This document shows positions 38,261 through 51,337 of a stretch of 64,000 bases of DNA, piece after piece. Source of the DNA: Eledone cirrhosa (lineage: Eukaryota); NCBI GenBank assembly GCA_964016885.1, contig OZ024740.1:369334001-369398000 (forward strand), read 5' to 3'. Within the stretch, counting starts at the first letter, position 1. Each line of letters opens with the position of its first letter. The translations under genes and the position numbers were made by a program. The notes beneath the pieces were generated by a model. That model was not told the origin of the DNA and made no database searches. It was given only the letters and a program-made list of their open reading frames with translations.

Positions 38261-38840
38261 GAGTACTGGTGGCATGTTCCAGTAGAAACCCCAATAAAAT
38301 ATAGCCATAACAGACCAGATATAAGGATATGGGACAGGGAAAAGAAGGCATGCACGGTAGTTAAAGTTAGTTGCCCAGCAGATGCCAATATAATATCAAA
38401 GATTAGCGAAAAGGAGAATATCTATGCAGAACTAATGCGAAATCTACAGATACTCCACCCTGCCTATACCTTCCGATTTATAGCTGTTTTTATTGGTGCA
38501 CTGCCTCGGTACAAATCCTGAGAAGCTGGGCTTCTCAGAAACAGAAGGAACAGGATTAGTTAGAGAATTACAAGTACAATCCATCAATGGAGCAGTAAAA
38601 TTATGTAAAATATTCCAAAAATTCTGCATCTAATAACTCTATGTACACATATACAGATAAAATCATATACACATGCACACATTTAACTCAAAACATACAT
38701 CTCCACACGTACAACAACATCCATATCTGTACATACATGCATGTATGCAGACATGAGAGAGTCCTGTATCTATGTTAGAAACCGACTCTCTCGCTCTCTA
38801 TTAAAAAAGGTTTTGTGAAATGTTAAAACCAAAACAACAT
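38261..38840 (+). mobile_element. 5'-truncated RLE-type (R4-like) LINE, endonuclease domain plus 3'UTR
   Basis: Manual translation EYWWHVPVETPIKYSHNRPDIRIWDREKKACTVVKVSCPADANIISKISEKENIYAEL...IGAL, then LQVQSINGAVKLCKIFQKFCI*. Confidence 0.82.
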
Positions 38841-39046
38841 ACAAAACTAGATAAGACAAATACAGACGTATTTAGGTTTAGACAGATACATTTACATAAG
38901 TCTATAAGAATACACGCATAATTTCATGAACAAAAAAGCAAATATACTTACTTAAACACACATGTTTATGTGTACATACTAGCATGCATCCCTACACGCG
39001 CGTATGGTAGTAAACAAAACAAATTAAAATCAAGAATGCCAATTAA

Positions 39047-40010
39047 TTCTTCTTCGTCTTCTTCTTCTGCTCTTGCTCCATAAGATTGGGGTCATCCTAG
39101 GTCAGTGATCCCAAAGACATTATCATGCGCAGTGCCGACTAAGTCCACCACTGCCCCCAATCGGTGGCGGTGAGGATATGGTCGATTGACTTCCGAGTGG
39201 AGGCGTCCAGACTGTTCCAAATCCAGTTATGGATCAGTTTAGGGGGAAATGAGGAGGAGTCGATACAGAGATTGTTGTAATGAGACAGGAGCAGTTGACG
39301 ATTACCGGTTTCATTGGTAGATGTGTCAGAAAGGTTTTGTCAGTGGGTTGAGACTGCAATGGGTCGGTTGGAGGAAAACTCTCAGTAGACCAGATGGTAG
39401 CATTGCCGCCCGTCAGGACGATTGCTATGTCATGGGTGGGGTGGGGGTGGTGGGTTGATTTCTCCTAGAACCTGTTGGAGCTGGTCATATTAATCGTCCT
39501 TAACAGCACCCTTTGCGCCGCATGTAGGGGCATAGGCAACATCGCTAGTCATATTTCCGTGACGGTGGAGAAATCCAGTGGAGAGCAAACAGTTGCTCAC
39601 CGGGTTCCAGATGACTAGTTCCTTGCGGACGTGCTTGGTCATGACCAGTGCCATACCGGAGAGGCCCCTCAGGCGCGCAGGGCCATCCAGATGAGGCAGT
39701 GGTTATTCCATGTTCGACGCAAATCTTTTAGCGTAAGTCAATTTACCGTTGGTGGAACGAATGCCTTTCCGATAAGTCCTTTCCGATGTTTGGCAATCCT
39801 GTTTCTTCTTTTTGGTTTCATAACAGGTTGATTGTTCTTCTGGGCATGTTGTTGGCCCTCCTCAGAAAAGTGGCATGATGCGGCCGGCACTGACTTGACG
39901 GTGGGCCGACACGTCGCGGGTCACCGTTGGTCTGGATTATCCCCGAGAGTCCGGCACGCCTGGGTGGCCCTACAGGGAGCAAAGCTACAGACGGTAAATC
40001 TCTCTCGGAA
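39047..40010 (-). mobile_element. Internally deleted RTE-like element (5'UTR, APE remnants, 3' end with (GAA)n tail)
   Basis: Minus-strand TWN and AYAPT motifs, GC-rich 5' leader and a (GAA)n tail at 39047-39068. Confidence 0.6.
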
Positions 40011-40943
40011 TTACGGAACAAGCAAGGCACCTCGATACGATATCACCAGACCCAAACATTAGCAAACATATTTATATAAACCCTCTTGAAATTATATCTA
40101 CCAAACTAAATTCTTAGACCGTCATTCTAAATATATCTGCTATCGCACGGAATATAAGATGTACCTTCAGAATATGGAAGGTAGTACTCATATCCATTGA
40201 TACGAAACTTCTTCATAAGGTTATAATATAATGCCTAGTTTAATCATTTTCAGCTATGAACATACCAGAATGACACTGAAGCTCCAAAATGGACACAGGC
40301 ACAGGACACAAGATTTTCAAAGCAAGTGATATTTAAGAGAAACCCAGGTAACACAACAAACCAGAAATGTGGGTGAGACTTTCTCAGAACGTGTGCTTAC
40401 ACACATAATTCCATGAATTCTGGGTACTGGGATGTTGAAAAAACCACTTCGATGTAGAAACCGGAATCGGTTAAATGAGTTTCATCTCGTGTACTAGTTA
40501 AGATTATCTTTCCATTTTAAACAAGTCCGATATCAGAAGAATGGACATCATCAATAAAATCACATCAGAAATGTCAATGAACTACAATATGTTGATGGCG
40601 TTCACCTTATAGCTCAAATTCAGAAGCCAAAGTATGTACCCTCTAGGCGGCTAATAGTGTTTGCAAACGTAGAATGTATATATTTGGCGTTGTTACTGTT
40701 GTAAGAGTGTTTGAACTATGAAGAAACTCAACATTCCCATTGCAATAATGAAGGACACCCGCATCCAAATTAATACCTACTTTCTCTAGCAAAGTATTCA
40801 CATCCCACACTTGTGACAACAGTAGTTAGTTAAGGATTGGTATGTACAGTCGTCAAAAGATACATGATTGAGGGAGGTGTTCATCGAAGTGATGAACGAA
40901 TCACAACCTAGTATGTGAAATTTGTTAGGGTTATTTTTACGTG

Positions 40944-40990
<47 letters not shown>

Positions 40991-41040
40991 CATTTATATA
41001 AAAATTAACAAAGAAGCCTTAATATATTAAAAATCTTTAA

Positions 41041-41085
41041 TTGCTGACAATGTTTCGTCCCATTAATTAGGGCTCATCAGAGCAA
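41041..41085 (-). ncRNA. Minimal type-I hammerhead ribozyme motif
   Basis: Minus strand TTGCT-CTGATGA-GCCC-TAATTAAT-GGGAC-GAAA-CATTGTC-AGCAA. 5-bp stem I, intact core and GUC site. Confidence 0.78.
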
Positions 41086-41906
41086 GGAAAAAGACTAGAA
41101 ATATCATCGGCTAGAACAAGCCAGAATCTAGAAGAATAGTGAATGGATATTAAGGAAAATTCAGGAAAATTTGTCATGAAAAGACATGTTAAACCTAATG
41201 GGGTGCATTTGTAAATAAAGACTATAGGGCAAGAGAGCAAGCAAACATTAAACAAACCCACGTTAAAAGTACAATATAAGTCTAATACTTCAAATACAAC
41301 ATAGTAATATAATGCGAGAAATAAGATATACAAATTATGATATAATATATAATACAATATAATACATAATACAGAATTAAAAATTTAATATATATATATA
41401 TCTACACGCACTCCGACACATATATATACACACGCATATACACATTTACACATACGTATATTAACACAAATGTATAAATATAACCACTATAATAGAATAA
41501 TCACCCAGACGGTGTGATTAAACAATACTAAAATCAATGAAAATAATATATTGACATTAAAAAATATATAAATATATCCTACGTACCATACATATTCAAC
41601 AAAACGTGTATGAAAACATAATGTATTCCACAGGGTAAAAAAATAATAATAATACCATACAATACAATAAAGTATGGTGAACAAAAATATATATATATAA
41701 AGACAATAAATATACGGAGATATAGGCAATTTAAAAACATATAATATTAAATATCAATATTTCAATACGAGACACATACATATAATTCAAATACATATAA
41801 TATTACATATTAATATTTCAATAGCAGACACACAATAGCAAGGGAGGAAGTTTTAAAAACATATTTACACAATATATTCATGGACATAAGTGACAGAAGA
41901 TAGGAA

Positions 41907-42000
<94 letters not shown>

Positions 42001-42098
42001 GCATATATCAAAGGTATATATTGAGTTAGAAACTCAAAATAGTTCCTTACAATAAAATAGCTCAAGGAAAGAGATTTTTCCGAGCCGTATATTATAAT

Positions 42099-42214
42099 TG
42101 AATATAAAAGAGAGATAAACACAGATATATACATATATTTGTTCAAATCATAAGGGACCAGACGATTTGAACACATGTATTTATATATCTCTGTTTATCT
42201 CTTTTTTATATTCA
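42099..42214. repeat. Fold-back inverted repeat (~51-bp arms, 14-nt loop)
   Basis: Arms 42099-42149 and 42164-42214 are reverse complements with a few mismatches. Confidence 0.85.
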
Positions 42215-42225
42215 AGTATATATGC

Positions 42226-42301
<76 letters not shown>

Positions 42302-42302
42302 G

Positions 42303-42418
<116 letters not shown>

Positions 42419-43283
42419 AAACGTTTAAATAAGAAAAGTATAGTAATTAGCTTACTTACTTAAATTTCACTCCAACTAATTAGTTTCTGAAATGGAATAT
42501 ACATAGTCTTCAAATGGAGATCATGGAGAAACCTTTTCTTCATCAGGGAGTCATTCTCAGCTAAGATACCTGGCGATGCCCGGACACAGGGAACTTATAC
42601 AAAATAATTCAGTTGATGGAAAAGAGCAAGCGGTGACTAAATTCCAAGACACTGAAAAAATCACTGCCTTCTTGGTTGGTGGCAAATTCAAAAGAATCAA
42701 GCACGTGACATCGAGGTTAATCAGTGAGGAGTGGGTGTTAAAAAGACAGTAGCCAGTCTAATACTATGAAGCATAGTAGTAATTTAGGCAAATTTTTGCT
42801 AAACAAAATTATTTGGAGATAATTATAAAGAATTAGTATATCTACCAACATATATATACAGATGTATACCTATGCAAGCAAATATATCGGTTTTGTCTTA
42901 GTAACGTTGTGGTTCAATGTAATGGGAGCAGAACAATTATATGAAAAACGTAAAATAAGAAAATTATAGTAATTAATGAGCCAAATTTGTATGTATGAGC
43001 CAACTTTGCAAATACATATGTAAATGAGATTAATCATCTCATTTACACAGTCAAGAAAACCATATATTGTCGCCTGTTTTCAAGTCCACCAGTCGCAAGA
43101 GCGGGAGAGATCGTCCTGTTGAGGACCAGTTAATTTCGAAATGCATCGACTCTTGTCCCCCGTGCTTCTGCTGTACATCACCAGAGGGCGATAACCCCGG
43201 TGTTTTACTTACCTAAGGCTCTCTAAATGTTTATCTATAAACATATCGTATTTCTTTAGAAATACGAAATTTCAATACATATA

Positions 43284-43422
<139 letters not shown>

Positions 43423-43997
43423 GTATACATACTTATATGAATATATAGGCATATATATATATATGCATATATATATATATATATATGAATACATATATGA
43501 ATATATATGAATAATATTTTTTTTCTTGTGGTCCGTGTCTCTATGACCATGATTGTATTGATCGTTAACGATCTGTCCATTATTGATTCATGAAGACATG
43601 ATATAAACACTGATCAAAGGCAGAACTTGGAAAGTTTTAAATATTCGTATTGGTACAAATGTCATATATATGTTTGCGAATGTTAACGTGTTTATATGTC
43701 CGTGTGCCTATAGGTTTGTGTCTACAAGGCGTTCCTTTAAGCAATCAATATGTTTATACGGTGTTAATCTGACTTAATTCGATCACGTTCCTTTCTAGTT
43801 ATGATTCAGTTCAATTTTGCGGGACACGTAGGAGAAAATTTACACACACAGGCGCCTGCACATACAGAGGTATACACTCAAAAGTATACCATAGAAATGC
43901 ACATACATTCTCCAACTATCTTTATTTATATCATTATATATTTACTTACACACGCACACGGACACACACGCACACACACACGCGCGCACACACACAT

Positions 43998-44078
<81 letters not shown>

Positions 44079-46730
44079 TATATGTAACAATATACATGTA
44101 TATATATATATGTGTGTGTGTGTGTTGCACGTGTGTCTATGTGTGTCTGTGAGTGTCCTTATAGAGTGTTACACTTGATTCAAACTTGGATGAATTCCAA
44201 ATTTAATACTCTATCACATATATGACCTCAGACACCAGGAAAATATTCCTTTGACCTATCTTTAATTCTGCTTCGTTTCAGCTCTGTATGGGAGAAACAA
44301 TGAAAAATAGTGTGTATTCATATATCGTTATATATATAACTATTTATATGCGTGAGCTTGAAAGCGAGTTAAGAGAAGTAGAAAAATAAAGCTGTTTAGA
44401 AAATATACACAGGATTGAATTGGAGAACTATGACTTAATATGTCTAGGTAGAGATGAGTCATGCCAGATAATAAGACATTTAATTGCTTAATGTACTCGT
44501 TGGAGATGAAATAAAATTTATTAAACAAAAGATCACTAGCTAACGATAAATGTTGATCATCCAGTAGATAAATACTTTTTTCGGAAAATGATTTAATAAT
44601 GTTTATTCTCGATACTTATTCCAGATACCAAGAGGATTTTAACGCAAAATTACAAGATAACTAATCACACGGTACATTACAGAGATCCTACCGTCGTAAC
44701 AGTGGTGAACTATCTTTACATATGGACACTAGGTTATAACTATTAGCTGAAGAGTAATAGCCCTAACACAAGTTCACGCAACGTTGAACCTTCAGTGAAA
44801 GCGATTGCCTCTAAATGTTGGTATTTCAATATTTTATGTTTAAGCACCCAAAATATCTAAGAAAGAGTTTAGACTTGAAAATATCATATATCAAATACTT
44901 CAATATATAAAGAAATTTATACGCCGTAATGCATACAAAAATGCATTTGTGTTCTTTACTAACGACCAAAAAATTCCTATTCCGAAAATTATAATAGATG
45001 GCATGTATCAATATTACTTTAATGTCGTTTACATGTTCAAAGTTATCGAGAGCGGAATACGAGTGCACGTAGTTATGTTCTCAATTTAAATGGACTGAAA
45101 CTTTAGAGCAAAATATGTTTAATACAAAAATATGAAATGGAATCCATTTCTGATGGAGTTTTATTTTAATGCTGCCTTTCCCTAATAAAACTCAATACTT
45201 TACTTCCAGAAGAGACTTTATTTCGAACATCTAATTCCCCTATTTTATAATCAAAGATAGTAATGACTGAAATCGGGAATCGCACAAAATATGAAGTTAG
45301 CTAACTATTGCTATTCATATGTTACTCATTTACAGAATTATTAGTTATGTTTCATATGATCGACATCAGTATGACATCGATAACAAATCATATGCTGATA
45401 TTTTATGACTTTCTTTGAACATGTTTCAAAAATATTTCGTATGTTTATATGTACTCATACTTACATGCACTTGTGTACAAACACATGCAGGCGTACAAAC
45501 AGATACTAGCACACACACATAAATACACAAATGTATGAATATAGTGAGGGTGGAGAAGATTTGCAATATAGCATGAAACATTAATTCGTGTGTCTTAGGT
45601 AATACATTTTTTAATATTTTCACGAACTCCTCATTGATAGCAACATTCAGCTTTCTGATTTAGTAAGTAAATTGTAAAAATATAATCATTACCAAGCCGC
45701 ATCTGCAAATCAATTGTAATATATTAACATATTATTGGACAGATGATATAGTAACCTTTATGTAAACCATAAAATATTAGTCCTTGTATTTAATTTGCGG
45801 GTTCTACTATATTCTCAGTATCGACAGCATCTCCATCTGTTTGAGTGAAAATGTCAGATAAGTATATATAATCATATTTTTTTTCACGTCTTATGGTGCT
45901 TATAGAAAATAAAGAAATGAATACTAATTTAGAAAATAAAAAAACACTTAATTCAAAATTAATTATAAAATAAATAAAAATGTATAAATAACATAATTGG
46001 CCAGGATTGATTATTAACAATTTCGAGGGCTGTCTTTTTTTTCTGCATTTAATGTATATCAACTTTTCAAATATACGCTGAATTGCACATAAATATATAT
46101 TTATGTAGATGTCAATGCAATAGGGAATGTGGTTCACATTCTTCTATATGGATGGAATTATGTATGCGATGTGTGTTGATTTGATTACTGTTAATTAATT
46201 CTAATGTCCCAGCATCGATATACTAAATATGTATTGTAGTGTATATCCCTATATATATGGTGTAGTATGATTCCCCTGAAGAAGAGAATCTTATGTCCCG
46301 AAATATTTGGACGAAAGAAAAATATATTATAATAAATACTAGGTAACAAACTTTTTCGTTGTCTACATTTTACCGTCCATTTTAATTGCCTAATGCTTCC
46401 TAAACATATCATCATATATATATAGTGATTGTAACATCCAGTTACTATAGATTCAACAGAGTGAGCCCTCGATGTGTAGTTTACAGTCGGTATAGAGGTG
46501 TAGAATTGGAATCATTATAGACCCTTCTACATCCTACATATTCGTTGTCATTACTACAGCAAAGGTCATTACTACAGCAAAGGCTCTTGATACCAAAGTC
46601 GGGATAGATCGAACCTTGAGGTGATGAATATTCGAAACATGCGTCACTACTCAATAAATATAATGAAGACATAACAAATCGTCCTTTATTATAATTAGTA
46701 TTATTATTATTAGTAGTAGTAGTAGTCTAA

Positions 46731-46902
46731 GGGTGGTGGACTGGCAGTATCGGTAGAGAGTTGGGCACCATGCTTTGTCGCATAGTGTTATGGCCCTTGC
46801 CATGCTGATTTCAAACCCCACCGAGGTTAACTTTGCCTTTCATCTTTACGGGGTCGATAAAATAAAGTACCAGTAATGGCCTTGTGCCAAAAGTAGAAAC
46901 AA
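46731..46902 (+). mobile_element. tRNA-headed SINE with small internal deletion
   Basis: A box, B-box-like GATTTCAAACC, central GAGGTTAACTTTGCCTTTCATC...GGGGTCGATAAAATAAAGTACCAG, and (ATT)n tail. Confidence 0.88.
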
Positions 46903-46916
46903 TTATTATTATTATT

Positions 46917-47097
46917 GGCAGTAAATTGGCAGAATAGGTAGAGGGTCGGGTATGCTCTCCAGCATAGTTACGTCCCTTTAAGATCTGGGTTCAAATCCCG
47001 CTGAGGTTAACTTTGTCTTTCATCCATAAGAGGTCGATGAAATAAAGTACCAGTAATGTACTGGGTAATTGCTGGCCTTGTGTCAAAAGTAGAAATA
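46917..47097 (+). mobile_element. tRNA-headed SINE inserted in the (ATT)n tail of the previous one
   Basis: TGGCAGAATAGG and GGTTCAAATCC boxes, same body and (ATT)n tail. Confidence 0.88.
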
Positions 47098-47110
47098 ATT
47101 ATTATTATTA

Positions 47111-47375
47111 TTGAAAGATGGGGGAGAGACGCAAGCATGGCCCGAGTGAACGGGCCTGCTATGAGTATGCGCCTGAAAATTGAAGATGGAAAACTGGTCA
47201 GGGTCGCGGTGGCTTTTTTAATGGTCTCTCTCCACGAGTGTCCCCTTGTTTCTTTTTTGGAATTTTCTTTGTTTTTCTTTACTCGCAGAAATGCCCATTT
47301 GTACCGCCCTGTACCGTCATGTGCTATCTTTAACGTCATACTTTCAGTTAGTCCTCATCGTTAATAAAGAAAACA
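47111..47375 (+). mobile_element. Short 3' fragment of a Tx1-like LINE with diverged 3'UTR
   Basis: ERWGRDASMARVNGPAMSMRL matches ERWVREASMARMNGPSLSMCL. Ends AATAAAGAAAAC-ATTATT. Confidence 0.85.
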
Positions 47376-47389
47376 TTATTATTATTTTT

Positions 47390-50300
47390 ACACTTGCATG
47401 TATCTTGCTTTATGTTCATACGAGTCATCACCAAGTCAAAACCAGTGACCTCAAGAGACAACAAGGTCCGCCAAGTTCAAGAAAGAACATATATACACAC
47501 ACATGCATCTTTAGGTGTTTAGACTTTTGATGTACTTATATTGATAGAATCTTCCTTAGTATATGGGCAGTTCCTATTAGTACTATCTTTTGTATTTCTC
47601 CTATACGCGGTTTTCCTGGGATTTGCGATAAGTAATCATTAGACCCCTTAGGTATCATTCCCAGAGCGCCTACAACCACTGGTATTGTTTTAGTTCTCAA
47701 TTTCCACATGTTTCAAATTTCTATCTCCAGGTCCCTATACTTGTTCAATTTTTCAAATGTTTTTATAGATACATTCTTGTCTATTGGAACGGATATATCA
47801 ATTAGTAGGCATACCCTCTTTTGAAAGTCCTTCAGTATTATATCAGGTCTATTTGCATCTATTGTTTAGTCTGTTTGGATGCTAAAGTTCCACAAGATTG
47901 AGATGTTATCATTTTCAAGTACGGGAGGTGGTTGATGTTCCCACCAATTCTTTTGATGGGGCAGGTCTAATTACTTACACGTTATCCAATGTATGTATTG
48001 TGCAGCTCTGTCGTGCCTGTTTAGGTATTCGGTTGGAGCTATAGGACTGCACATTGAAATTATATGATCAATGGTCTCTGGTTGTTTTTTACATACACGA
48101 CATAATGGGTTGCATCCATTTTTTATTATGTTGGCTTGGTAATTTTTTGTTGGCAGACACTGATCTTGTGCTGATATAATCAGTCCTTCAGTCTACGATT
48201 TCACTCCAGAGGATGTCAACCACTGATGGGTTAACGTTTTGTCAACATCAGGATTGTTAGCTCTTTCTGGGTATTTTCCATACAGAGGCTTTTCTTGCCA
48301 TTTTTTAGCCAGTTTCTGTAGCAGTTCATTCTTTTCAGTTACTTGTACCTGCTTTGCTTTTTCTGTGTTTTTCATTTCAGCAGTAAATGGGACTTCTGAA
48401 ATGTTTAGTCCATTACTGTATCTTTGTGCATCTTTTGTAATATTTGTGCATTATTTTGATGCTTTCCTGTTTCAAAACGAGTTTGATCATCCAATCATGT
48501 GATTCCCTTAGATATGTAGATAATCCAATTGTTGCAGTTTTCAACGCAATATCTAACTGGATTAAGCCACGTCCTCCTTCTTTCCTAGGGAGATATATTA
48601 TATCTGTATCTGCCTTAGGGTGATGCATTATTAACCAGAATGCATTCTGATGCATTCTGGTTAATAATTTTCTAATGTTTGTATCTAGCCTACGGATCTC
48701 TGTGCTTGACCAGTTGATGACAGTGTAACTATAATTTACTACTGGTATGGCAAGCGTGTTTATGGCATCGATCCTATTCCTTGCATTCAATTCCGTTCTT
48801 AAGATTGCTCTTACTCTGCGGTAACATTCCTTCCTTATCCTTTCCCTCATTGTCGAGTGCTTGATTGCGTCTCCTTCACAAACACCTAGATATTTCATCT
48901 TGATCAAGTTCTCTTATCACATTCCCCCGATCACGATTAATGTCTGAACTTTTCAGCAGCTTTTTATACATTGTGGTCAAGCAGGTTATCGCTCTATAAT
49001 TTTGGGGATTGTTTGTCTCATCATTCTTCGGAAGTAGGAATGTAATGCCGTTACTAGCATGATGGTATCTTTTCTGGCTCCATTTCATTGTAAAGTTGGG
49101 CTAACAGCTCATGAGACTCTGTGAAGGCATTTATCCACAAATTTGGTTTTCGTCTTTTCCTGAGGATTTCCATTTAATTTTTCTAAGAGGCAAACGCAAC
49201 TGTTCAACTATTATATTTTCTCATGTTTGTTCCTCAAGGTGAGCTGTATCTTTTATTTGTCTGTCTATCCATGGGCATCTATATTATGAACTTTTTCTTC
49301 GGCCCAGATTATTTCCCAGAATTCTTGCACTTCCTCCTTGATTTAGCAGTTATTGTTGACATATCAATTTTTATGTAGAAGTTTCTTTGGTTGTTTTTGA
49401 ACATATTATTGACCTTATAGAATCTAGATCATTTTTCAAAGCGCCTTATACGGGCAGCTTTGATCGACACTTTTAGCTTTAATATTTCTATCAGCATGTC
49501 TATGTCACTTGTTGATTTTATACTGTATTTTCTTTTCAATTTTCTAAGTTTAGTTTGTTTAACATGTTCACCTACTTTGTAGTTTGTTAAAATTCCTATG
49601 TCAGATCGAAGAAGTTATATTTGGCGATTAATGTTCTCTTGCCAGGTAAGTTTCATGTGGGAATTCCTTTGTTTTTTTTTTCATTTTCACTCCACATAAG
49701 TGAGTGGTGACTTTAGCCGATGCATAATAGAGATGATTTAGATCAGTAATATTTAGTTTATTTGTGATGATAATGTTTTTGAGAATTATGTTAGTCTTGT
49801 GTATTATCTTTTGGTTCTGTTTGGAGTTCTGGATCTTAGGGAGAGTGTCTCGTTCCCCCATGTCAGATTTTTTCATTTTCATCCATTCGATCATAATTTC
49901 ATTCTTCAAGTTGGCAAGTTCATTCTCATTCATTTCTTTATCATTTAATAACCTCGTTTTCACTGACACATGTTTCATTTTCCAGCCGCTGACTGTTCTG
50001 TATTCGATCTATTTGATAGTACAAGGCAGTGTAGAAAGCCTAAAGGACTTCTTTATTGTCTTCCCTTGCCCATTTTTCTTGGTGGTGAGCATGGAAGGCC
50101 AACAATAGGAGTATTCCGGTTATGGGAGGTCTCCAGCTCCGAATTGATGGGAAGGTTTGAACCATTAGCTGATTTTTCGACCCCAGTCTAGTTCCTCTCC
50201 GAGGGACGCGACCCTTTTTGACCCGGGTGACGGCCGATCCGGTATGAGATTTTATCATTTGACATTGGCTTTATTTTGATGCGTTTCATCCTTAACCGCC

Positions 50301-51310
50301 AAGGGGTAATCATTTCGTGTTACCACTCAGAGGACGAGTGTCAACCAAGACTAGAGGGGTCTTCCTCCCCTAGAGACACGGCTATGCCCCGCCGGCCACC
50401 ATCCCGGTATTTCTTGGTCACGGGGTTTTCTTTTTTTTTCTTTTTTAAATTGCAATTATCATGAGTGGTTCCTTAATGTGAGCACTGCGTGGCTTAAGAA
50501 TGAAATTAATATTAATAATATAATATACTTTTTATTGAAGTTGCCTGTTGTTGTTGTTGGCTATGTCGGTGGGGGTGCTGGGGCGTTTTCTATTGTTGGT
50601 GGAGAAGGGGTGAGCCAGCAGTGCCACATTCGTTGACGTTTGACCGGCTCACTACGTCAGTCTCTTTATAACTTTTGCTAGCCTCTCCCTTGTCTAGTGA
50701 TACCGACACCTTTCCCTCTCTTAAGTTAACAGAATGTAGTGGGGTAGCAATAATGGAGTGGTGGCGGCGGTGACTGTAGTGATGGCGTTATCGCTACTGA
50801 GTTCTGTTGAATAGACTGTAGCTAGAATGCGTTTGTTTAATATGTATATCTATGCAGTTTATCGCCTATGTTTAATATATATATTGACATATTTCATTAA
50901 TATTTGAATTAAACATTTCGAGAAAACTTGACACACAATGATAGTAATTATTATTATTATGTTGGGGTGGTGGTGGTGGTGGTGAAATTGCCGTTATCTG
51001 CCTGTTTTATTTAGTGTACACAAAGAGGCGATGGGATTGCTGGTGTATCTAAGTTGTGAAATTGCTGTTATTATAGTTTAGACAGGGGTTTTTTCTTCCA
51101 TTTCTAACCATGTTCTCTTTAAAATATAAAATGTATAATACAAAATTGAATATTGAGCGATATAACAGGATATTATGGGTACTCATTTCCTGAGAGGTGG
51201 AATGGTACCTCATGTCCCATTTGTACTAAGAATTGTTATATAACAATTGTTTTAAATAAGTTAAAAATCATAAAATTACGGGAGCGATTCCATAACACTC
51301 TATCCACCAA
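47390..51310 (-). mobile_element. R4/Dong-like family A, copy 2 (decayed, RT core deleted)
   Basis: Reverse-complement homology to 8350-13230. The junction near 48960 joins TTMYK directly to KLLKSSDIN. Confidence 0.9.
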
Positions 51311-51337
51311 TTATTATTAGTATTATTATTATTATTG

